Positions 37,012 through 43,848 of a DNA stretch of 43,848 bases are shown here, piece by piece. Each line of letters starts with the position of its first letter. Within the stretch, counting starts at the first letter, position 1. The position numbers were made by a program, and so were the translations under genes. The stretch is taken from the sequence record SRR16203515_660; one strand, 5' to 3'. The notes under the pieces are model-generated. The model did no database searches, had not been told where the DNA came from, and saw only the letters and a list, made by a program, of their open reading frames with translations.

Positions 37012-37512
37012 TCATCGTTCGAATTTCATGAACCAGTCAGCCGATTTTACGGGATCATAGCCTTCGAAAAATTCATTTTCATACAACATACTTAATCCCT
37101 TTGCCGACCATGTAACGCCCTGTTCGTAAGAGTGTTCAAAGAGCATGCGTGCCTGTTCAAAATCCTGCAGAACATCGTCCCCCAAAAAATACGCCGTTGC
37201 CAATGCAAATGTCGCGGCGGGGTAATCAAAATTATGTGCCGCGCGAATATCCTGCATCGCCTGATCGCCGCGACCCGCACGCAAATACCCCCGCGCACGT
37301 TGCAAAAGATACCGCGCCTTGTCGATGCCGTCCTTTTGCAATGCGATTGTACACGCAGAAATCAATGCATCCGCATCAATCGCATCAAAGGCAACTGGTT
37401 CTGAAACAGCCATCGGATCAGCCTGAAGCGCACCCAAGTGATCGCATTGGGTTGCGCTATGAACTGGGGCGGCAAGAACAGCCGCCACAAACATGATTGC
37501 GTGAACGCGCAA
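37012..37512 (-). CDS. Secreted Sel1/TPR-repeat protein
   Basis: Signal peptide; CDHLGALQADP; ALATAYFLGDDVLQDFEQARMLFE Sel1 repeat. Confidence 0.8.
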   Translation of the reverse strand: MRVHAIMFVAAVLAAPVHSATQCDHLGALQADPMAVSEPVAFDAIDADALISACTIALQKDGIDKARYLLQRARGYLRAGRGDQAMQDIRAAHNFDYPAATFALATAYFLGDDVLQDFEQARMLFEHSYEQGVTWSAKGLSMLYENEFFEGYDPVKSADWFMKFER

Positions 37513-37515
37513 GTC

Positions 37516-37893
37516 TTATTCTTCTGTTTCGCCACCAGCGGCTTGCCAATCGGTAAAACCACCGACGTTCACAATATTTGTATATCCCATATCAACCATT
37601 GTTTTACCAGCCAACGCGGCCTGACCACCCGCCGCACAGATCAGGCAAATACGATCATCTTTGTTCAGGTTTTCATTGTGCAACTTTGATGTGTCATCCG
37701 CTGCGAATTCGATCATCCCACGCGGAATACGCAATGCGCCTTTGACTGTACCGCTTTGGGCAATCGCACCACTGTCGCGCACGTCGACAAATGTGGTCCC
37801 CGCCTGCCCCCAATATCTGACCGCCTCTTCGGCGCTGACCCGTGACACGACTGCGTTTGCTTCTGCTAAATAATCCGCGGCTGTTTTTGACAT
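37516..37893 (-). CDS. Single-domain rhodanese
   Basis: VDVRD, GALRIPRG, CAAGGQA active-site loop and GGFTDW; GGAG RBS. Confidence 0.9.
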   Translation of the reverse strand: MSKTAADYLAEANAVVSRVSAEEAVRYWGQAGTTFVDVRDSGAIAQSGTVKGALRIPRGMIEFAADDTSKLHNENLNKDDRICLICAAGGQAALAGKTMVDMGYTNIVNVGGFTDWQAAGGETEE

Positions 37894-37967
37894 AATTTTC
37901 GTCTCCGTAAATGTGTTTGATGTAAATCTAGTCACAATTCACATCAGATCAAAGAGGGAAGACACCT

Positions 37968-38783
37968 TTAATCCCTGTTTGACCCCGAAATACGTGGCAC
38001 CATATACGGTGTTTTTGTGCGATAGTGTTCAAACTCTGCACCAAACCGGGCCTCAAATCGCCGTTCCTTGAACCTTGGGGCCAACACGCAATAGGCCGTC
38101 AGAATGGTAGACAACACCAACTGATCTGGGGTCCAAACGGGAACGGTCCATAGTGTCAGAGCGAATGACAGATAGATTGGTTGGCGAATAATCGCAAATA
38201 GTCCCGTTTTTGGCATATCGGGATAATTCGGTTTGATTTTTTGCAATAAGGACATCCACCCCAACGCGCCCGATTGCACCTCGGCACCTGCATCATAGCT
38301 TGCCTTCATCAGCAGGGCCCATGAACAGGCATAAAGCCCTGTTAAGACCCATTTCGTTTCCCCCTCTGCCGCCCACCAAACGAAGCCAGAGGGTGTCCAA
38401 AACAAAAACAGCAGGCTCAGTTGAACTGATGCAAGCGTGGCGAAAATCGTTGTTTGCAACGTCGCCGCATGCGCGTTTTTGGCAAACAACGATATTATTC
38501 TGCGTCCCGTTCTGGAAAGCAGTAACGAATGCCCAATCGGAAATTGCAGAACCAACAATAGATTTGCCGCCCATGACCATGGCACAGGTACGCGTCCCAT
38601 TGAAATTGTCATGCCCGTATACATAACCACGATCATCGCAATCACAGCCACCGCAAAGATCGCATGACACACAAATCCATAAAGCAAGGCAACCATAATA
38701 CGCCGCCCCCCACTTGGGGGTGAAAAATTCCCGATGATCAGCGCGATTATTCGCTCGAATGGTGTTGGTAATGGTTTATGCAT
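37968..38783 (-). CDS. ICMT/nurim/MddA-like membrane SAM-dependent methyltransferase
   Basis: QFPIGHSLL, GLFAIIRQPIY and KERRFEARFGAEFEHYRTKTP (ICMT/PEMT C-terminal signature). Confidence 0.78.
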   Translation of the reverse strand: MHKPLPTPFERIIALIIGNFSPPSGGRRIMVALLYGFVCHAIFAVAVIAMIVVMYTGMTISMGRVPVPWSWAANLLLVLQFPIGHSLLLSRTGRRIISLFAKNAHAATLQTTIFATLASVQLSLLFLFWTPSGFVWWAAEGETKWVLTGLYACSWALLMKASYDAGAEVQSGALGWMSLLQKIKPNYPDMPKTGLFAIIRQPIYLSFALTLWTVPVWTPDQLVLSTILTAYCVLAPRFKERRFEARFGAEFEHYRTKTPYMVPRISGSNRD

Positions 38784-38910
38784 CCCATAGTTTTAGGCGT
38801 CGAATTGGGACAAACAATAACAGGTCAGAATTTTCTATTTTCAACGCTTCTATTCCTGTGATCAGGCGCTACATACACATGCAACGAAACGCAGATGGAT
38901 TTCCACCACG

Positions 38911-40053
38911 ATGAGCACCACATCAAATTTTGGCTTTGGCACACAAATTCGCAAATCACCCTATTTCGACGCAACAGTGCGTTGGGGGGCACGGGATTTT
39001 TCCGTCTATAACCACATGTACATCCCACGGGATTTTGGTGATCCCGAACAGAATTTCTGGAACCTGGTGAATGATGCCATTTTGTGCGATGTCGCAGTGG
39101 AACGTCAGGTGGAAATCACAGGACCAGAAGCCGCAAAATTTGTGCAAATGCTAACCCCGCGCAATCTGTCGAACATGCAGGTTGGTCAATGCAAATATGT
39201 CCTGATTACAAATGCGGCAGGGGGCATTTTAAACGATCCAATTTTGCTGCGATTGGCAGAAAACCATTTCTGGATTTCATTAGCAGACAGTGATGTTCTG
39301 TTCTGGGCCCAGGGGGTTGCCGTACATTCGGGATTGGATGTTCAAATCCACGAACCTGATGTATCTCCCCTTCAACTGCAGGGTCCAAAATCGGGATTCA
39401 TTATGCAAGAGTTGTTCGGCGATGATATTTTGTCATTGAAATATTATTGGCTACGCGAATTGGATCTGGATGGCATTCCATTGGTTGTGTCGCGCACAGG
39501 GTGGTCCAGTGAATTGGGCTACGAAATTTATCTGCGTGATGGTTCAAAGGGGGACGCATTGTGGGAAAAAATAATGGCCGCTGGTCAGGCACATGGCCTG
39601 AAACCAGGGCACACATCCTCAATCCGCCGCATCGAAGGTGCGATGCTCTCCTATCATGCGGATGCCGATATCAACACAAACCCATATGAAGTTGAATTGG
39701 GGCGTTTGGTTGATTTGGAAATGGCCGCAGATTTCGTTGGGAAAGAGGCGTTGAAAACAATCCATCAAACAGGTGTTTCGCGTCAATTGATCGGAATTGA
39801 GTTTGATGGTGCGCCCCTGACAGGACCAAATACAACATTTTGGCAGATCAGTGCAGGGGATCAGGTTGTGGGCAAGGTAACATCCGCCGTTTATTCCCCA
39901 AGGCTGCAGAAAAACATCGCCCTCGCCATGGTTTCAACTGCACACACCAACATTGGCACTCAGCTGGTCATCGACACAAAATCGGATATACGCAATGGTG
40001 TGGTGTGCGAAAAGCCATTTTTCGACCCGAGGAAGAAACTTGCCAGTTCGTAG
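38911..40053 (+). CDS. GcvT-family THF-dependent aminomethyltransferase/demethylase (DmdA-like paralogue)
   Basis: VYNHM, DVAVERQV, GGILNDP, SRTGWSSELGYEI, RRIEG and PFFDP motifs. Confidence 0.9.
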   Translation: MSTTSNFGFGTQIRKSPYFDATVRWGARDFSVYNHMYIPRDFGDPEQNFWNLVNDAILCDVAVERQVEITGPEAAKFVQMLTPRNLSNMQVGQCKYVLITNAAGGILNDPILLRLAENHFWISLADSDVLFWAQGVAVHSGLDVQIHEPDVSPLQLQGPKSGFIMQELFGDDILSLKYYWLRELDLDGIPLVVSRTGWSSELGYEIYLRDGSKGDALWEKIMAAGQAHGLKPGHTSSIRRIEGAMLSYHADADINTNPYEVELGRLVDLEMAADFVGKEALKTIHQTGVSRQLIGIEFDGAPLTGPNTTFWQISAGDQVVGKVTSAVYSPRLQKNIALAMVSTAHTNIGTQLVIDTKSDIRNGVVCEKPFFDPRKKLASS

Positions 40054-40064
40054 GCGGTAAACAC

Positions 40065-40457
40065 ATGACAAAGCATGCGCAAATTCGATTAAACGATCTG
40101 GCGCTCCCCTGCAGCATTGGGACCTATGAAACAGATGACATTATCCCAGATGCGCATGTTTTGGACATGGTTTTGTATCTGGATAAATCATGGGTCATAA
40201 TTGATGCCGATCAAATGGATCGTGTGTTTGATTATGACCCCTTGATCCGCAAAATTTTGCGGACTGCCGCCGCAAAAAATTTTGAAACGCAGGAATACCT
40301 GATGTCACTGATATTTCAGTGTTGTTTTGAACATACCGAAGTACATGCGGCGGCTTTGTTCTTGCGCAAATCTCCTGTGCGCGATGATGGGTCATTGGGC
40401 GTTCAAGTCACCCTAACCCGAGCCGAATTTGAAGACATGCACTTGGCACAAAACTAG
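40065..40457 (+). CDS. Dihydroneopterin aldolase-like (FolB fold)
   Basis: IRLNDLALPCSIG, FDYD, FETQE and LRK motifs; immediately follows the GcvT-like gene. Confidence 0.72.
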   Translation: MTKHAQIRLNDLALPCSIGTYETDDIIPDAHVLDMVLYLDKSWVIIDADQMDRVFDYDPLIRKILRTAAAKNFETQEYLMSLIFQCCFEHTEVHAAALFLRKSPVRDDGSLGVQVTLTRAEFEDMHLAQN

Positions 40458-41020
40458 GGGGAAATCCACTGCCCACACCAATCGTCAGTGCGTTTATAAA
40501 GCGCGCGTTGATGTTTGGTTCCAAGGTACAAAACCTCGATTTGCTGAACATGGCCTTTTAGTACGGCAAAGCGAGTCTGTTCGGCGGGTTTTTCATAGTC
40601 GAACGGCCCCGCAATCGGTTTCCCCGGAACAGGTTGTGTGCCGTAAGATATACGCGAAGCAGGCGGCACCGCATTCCAGCGGTCCGCAACCTCTAACCCC
40701 GTCAAAATATCAACACAAACCTCAAGCCGAAGTTGCAACATGGATTTGAGGATCCAAACGTGCAGTGCCGCCTTATTGTTTTCGCGCAACTCTTCTACCT
40801 TGGGCGTCAGAATATCCGTGTGAATTTCGACTTCTGCCGGCGCTCTGTCTGCGGCCCGCAGAACAACGGTACGTTGCGCGGGAAATCCATTTGCGGAAAT
40901 CGTCGCCAATGTCGGTGCGCGCGCTGGATGTTTTGCATCCGCAACGCCCCGCCCCAACTGATCCCAGGCGGCACGATAAAACTCGGTTAAGGAGGCATAT
41001 TCCTTATCGGGGGGTGTCAA
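40454..41020 (-). CDS. Pyridoxamine 5'-phosphate oxidase-like FMN-binding protein
   Basis: PTLATI, PAQRTVVLR, HTDILTPKVEEL, QLRL and HQRALY...WISP. TTG start with GGAG RBS; ORF open to 41089. Confidence 0.85.
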   Translation of the reverse strand: MTPPDKEYASLTEFYRAAWDQLGRGVADAKHPARAPTLATISANGFPAQRTVVLRAADRAPAEVEIHTDILTPKVEELRENNKAALHVWILKSMLQLRLEVCVDILTGLEVADRWNAVPPASRISYGTQPVPGKPIAGPFDYEKPAEQTRFAVLKGHVQQIEVLYLGTKHQRALYKRTDDWCGQWISP

Positions 41021-41104
41021 ACTGCGGCTCCGGATTGGGGAAAGTAATTGGTGCATCTTGGGATATAGCCTGCGCATCGCTGCGTTCAAATGATACGATG
41101 GAAA

Positions 41105-42031
41105 CTAAGACTTTTCTTTGCGCGACTTCAGAATCCCGATCAAATCATGATCACGTTTCTTGGCCAACTCATAGGATGATTGATCTGCATATTCGCGTTC
41201 GATCATATCAACCAACATCTGCACAGTCGCATCGTCAAGTTTCGGGGTACCAAGTGTGTCCCAACGCTTTTCCTGACTTTTCCCAAGGTGTTCGAAATAG
41301 GCCGAAATACCACCGTCACCACCGCCTAAATGATAGGCAAGGCTGGGTCCAATTGTTGCCCACCGCAGGCCTGGACCGTGGACTAGAGCATTGTCGATGT
41401 CACGTACGTCTGCAACGCCCTCTTTCATCAGATGAACCGCCTCTCGCCAAAGGGCCGCGGCCAATCGGTTTGCAATGTGACCAGGCGCTTCTTTTTTCAA
41501 CGCAATTACAACGCGCCCTAACCCCTCGTATATTTCGGTGGCCTGCCTTAAAACGGGATCATTTTGACCCGACAGTTCAACCAAGGGGATCAAATGCGGA
41601 GGATTGAACGGATGCGCGATCAGAAAACGGTCCTGATGCACACTCCCGCTGAACAGATCGCTCCATGTATAGGCCGTGGTGGATGAGGCAATTGGAACCA
41701 TTGGGTCGACATGTTTATCAAGTTCTGCAAACAGCGCCTGTTTCACGTTCAGGTTTTCTGCAACATTTTCTTGCACATAGGCCACATCCAAAACCGCGAC
41801 ATGCAGTTCATCACACAGGGTAAAAGACCCCGTTTTAGATTTTGGGTCATACAAATTATCCAAATCCGCCAAGGCGCGCGTAACCGTGTCAGACACGTTT
41901 TCATAAACGTCAGGATTACGATCCCAAATCGTGACATCCCATCGGTGTTTCATAAACAGCGCAGCCCAGCTGCACCCAATCAGGCCTGCACCAATGATCG
42001 CAACACGTTTATTCAATTCAGGCTCTGTCAT
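41105..42031 (-). CDS. 3-hydroxyacyl-CoA dehydrogenase family (L-carnitine dehydrogenase-like)
   Basis: IIGAGLIG, QENVAE, ASSTT, HPFNPPHLIPLVE, GHIANRL and GPGLRW; AAGGAG RBS before ATG 42031. Confidence 0.88.
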   Translation of the reverse strand: MTEPELNKRVAIIGAGLIGCSWAALFMKHRWDVTIWDRNPDVYENVSDTVTRALADLDNLYDPKSKTGSFTLCDELHVAVLDVAYVQENVAENLNVKQALFAELDKHVDPMVPIASSTTAYTWSDLFSGSVHQDRFLIAHPFNPPHLIPLVELSGQNDPVLRQATEIYEGLGRVVIALKKEAPGHIANRLAAALWREAVHLMKEGVADVRDIDNALVHGPGLRWATIGPSLAYHLGGGDGGISAYFEHLGKSQEKRWDTLGTPKLDDATVQMLVDMIEREYADQSSYELAKKRDHDLIGILKSRKEKS

Positions 42032-42054
42032 GGGCTCCTTCAGACTCGGCATAA

Positions 42055-42642
42055 TTACATGACGGGAACGAACCTACCCAATGCCTCAAGCAGTTCTGTT
42101 TCCTCGTATCCAAAGTGCGAAATCACGACATTGTGCAATTGTGCAAAGGTTGCTTTGGTTTTGGCAAAGTTGTGTTCATCTGGATTTTGAACCAAGGCTT
42201 GGGCAGCCGTTTCCAACCGTGTGATCAATTCGTGCACGATCAAGTGTTCCTGCTTCAAACGGTCTACAACACGGCTTAACGCCTGAATATTTTGCTGTTC
42301 AAGTTTCGGGAAAATCATGTGTTCTTCGGCGTCATGATGAAAGGTCAAAACCTGACACTCACGCCCGCACATTGTTCCAAAGATGCGCATATTGTGGGTC
42401 AATTCCACATTGGACACTTCTTGTGCAAAAACCTCGGGCGAAACAGCCCCCTGTTCGACCTGTTCCAAGACACGCGCCAACCGCTGCATATCGCGTAAAT
42501 GCATACGGTGAATGGCGGCAAGGTGCAGTCCCGCACGCTGTTCAGCCTCGGTCACATTCGCCAACGCGGGCATGTTGGGCCGTTCGCCAAATTCAACGTT
42601 TAAATTGCATAGCTCGCAGGTTCGTAATTGACCTTTATTCAT
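42055..42642 (-). CDS. Hemerythrin/HHE cation-binding domain protein
   Basis: HRMH, HHDAEEHMIFP, EHLIVH and HFGYEE; start could be 42573. Confidence 0.85.
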   Translation of the reverse strand: MNKGQLRTCELCNLNVEFGERPNMPALANVTEAEQRAGLHLAAIHRMHLRDMQRLARVLEQVEQGAVSPEVFAQEVSNVELTHNMRIFGTMCGRECQVLTFHHDAEEHMIFPKLEQQNIQALSRVVDRLKQEHLIVHELITRLETAAQALVQNPDEHNFAKTKATFAQLHNVVISHFGYEETELLEALGRFVPVM

Positions 42643-42672
42643 GCGCTTAGCCTGCTCGTTATCGCAAAAGAA

Positions 42673-43560
42673 TTACGGCGAAACATAATCACGCCATGAA
42701 TGCGCGGGTTGATATCCCAGTAGCCGTTTGGCTTTGGCATTCGTATAGAAACTTTGGGGTATTTCATCCCCCTTGATCGGTACGCCCTGATAATAGGTTT
42801 CGATCAAATCCTCCGATGTGCAATGCACAGAGTGATCATCGTTGGAGACGTTAAATACTTCATAACCCAATCCATTCGTTTCCAAACATTTTTGCACCAT
42901 TTGTCCCAAATCACGCGCATCAATGTAGGAAAAGATATTTCTGAGGCGCAATTTCGGGTCTGCAAAATAGGCGGGAAAGTTTTCGGAGTATTCATGTGGT
43001 TCAATCACGTTATTAATACGCAGCCCGTAGATATCGATGCCTGAACGCTGATGAAACGATCGCGCGGTCACCTCATTTACTACCTTAGACATCGCATAGC
43101 TATCCTCTGGAATTGTCGGATGCTCTTCGTCGATGGGTAGGTAATCTGGCTTCAGCTCTCCATCGGCAAAACAAATACCGTAGGTCGTTTCAGAGGATGC
43201 AAAAATCACCTTCTTTACGCCCAGTTTGATGGCAGCGTCGATAACATTGTAGGTACCAACTGTATTCACGCGATAACATTCATTATCGCTTTTGAACAAC
43301 AAACGCGGGATCGCCGCGAAATGCACGACAGCATCAAACTTCGGGACGCCCTGCCCCGATTCAAGCTCATCATAATGGGCATAGCTGCTCATCACGTCAT
43401 AGACCTGCCCCGCATCTGTGATATCGGCAAAGCGGGTCAAAACCTCTGGGTGGTTTAAGTCAACTTGATCAAGGTTAAGGATTTTGTGACCCTGCGCCAA
43501 CAGGTAATCTACGCAGTGTTTTCCTGCCTTACCGCTGCCGCCTGTAAACAATATACGCAT
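42673..43560 (-). CDS. NAD-dependent epimerase/dehydratase (extended SDR)
   Basis: TGGSGKAG, HFAAIP, ASSET and YAMSK; GAGGG RBS before ATG 43560. Confidence 0.92.
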   Translation of the reverse strand: MRILFTGGSGKAGKHCVDYLLAQGHKILNLDQVDLNHPEVLTRFADITDAGQVYDVMSSYAHYDELESGQGVPKFDAVVHFAAIPRLLFKSDNECYRVNTVGTYNVIDAAIKLGVKKVIFASSETTYGICFADGELKPDYLPIDEEHPTIPEDSYAMSKVVNEVTARSFHQRSGIDIYGLRINNVIEPHEYSENFPAYFADPKLRLRNIFSYIDARDLGQMVQKCLETNGLGYEVFNVSNDDHSVHCTSEDLIETYYQGVPIKGDEIPQSFYTNAKAKRLLGYQPAHSWRDYVSP

Positions 43561-43848
43561 TTTGTCGTCCCTCAAAGTTCATTTGGTTCAAACTTAGTGG
43601 CCGACATGCCCAATGCAATGGTTAATATGCAGCCTGAGTTCTGAGAGAGGGAGATAGTTGAGTGTGCTGGCAATAATGGAGAACCAATACTATGGCGGTA
43701 CTGTCAGACAAACGAGCCCAAGCATCAGTATTCATTTGAGGGCTGTATTTTATGATATCACTTAAGAGCGCCACTCAGTGAGAGCAGCGTCACGGTTTAG
43801 TTAGAATGTATTTCGTTTTGAGAGTGACCTTTGCGAGTTGAATAGATT

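Noticed and set aside
38911-40053. Calling this dmdA or gcvT
   Set aside because: The N-terminus (FGFGTQIRKSPYF) differs from DmdA as I recall it and no gcvH/gcvP is adjacent; only the family is supported.
43600-43848. Right-edge non-coding stretch as a riboswitch or mobile-element end
   Set aside because: No ORF, repeat or recognisable motif; context beyond the window is missing.
1-43848. CRISPR arrays, tRNA/rRNA genes, transposases or prophage
   Set aside because: No regularly spaced direct repeats, cloverleafs, or recombinase/phage proteins were recognised.

Overview
Accessory/metabolic region of a marine alphaproteobacterium, most likely Roseobacter group (inferred from gene content and protein style; GC roughly 50%). 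No rRNA, tRNA, CRISPR array or transposase is recognisable. Left arm: an mct-like CoA transferase with a mesaconyl-C4-CoA hydratase-like gene, several housekeeping-type enzymes, and a cobalt-type nitrile hydratase operon (nthA, nthB, accessory gene). Centre (about 10.7-29 kb): a large cluster for a periplasmic, Cys-ligated, probably tungsten-dependent formate dehydrogenase. It includes a two-component system whose NtrC-type regulator lacks GAFTGA, FDH alpha/beta/gamma, a small Tat protein, a TorD chaperone, DUF3305/DUF3306, a polyferredoxin, Mrp, a degenerate biotin-ligase-like protein, DUF6494/DUF6505, tupBCA, and a cytochrome c fused to a one-lobed TupA-like domain. At about 30.2-31.7 kb is an unannotated cluster of structured non-coding elements. 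Two divergent CCUCCC-loop ('cuckoo'-like) sRNA candidates flank a 2OG-Fe(II) dioxygenase gene and share an upstream motif at identical spacing. One loop is exactly complementary over 10 nt to the fdhA ribosome-binding site. Right arm: a His-less CcmE paralogue, transporters, small unannotated proteins, and a DmdA-like aminomethyltransferase divergent from an MddA/ICMT-like methyltransferase. All family calls come from motif recognition by eye, not from database searches.
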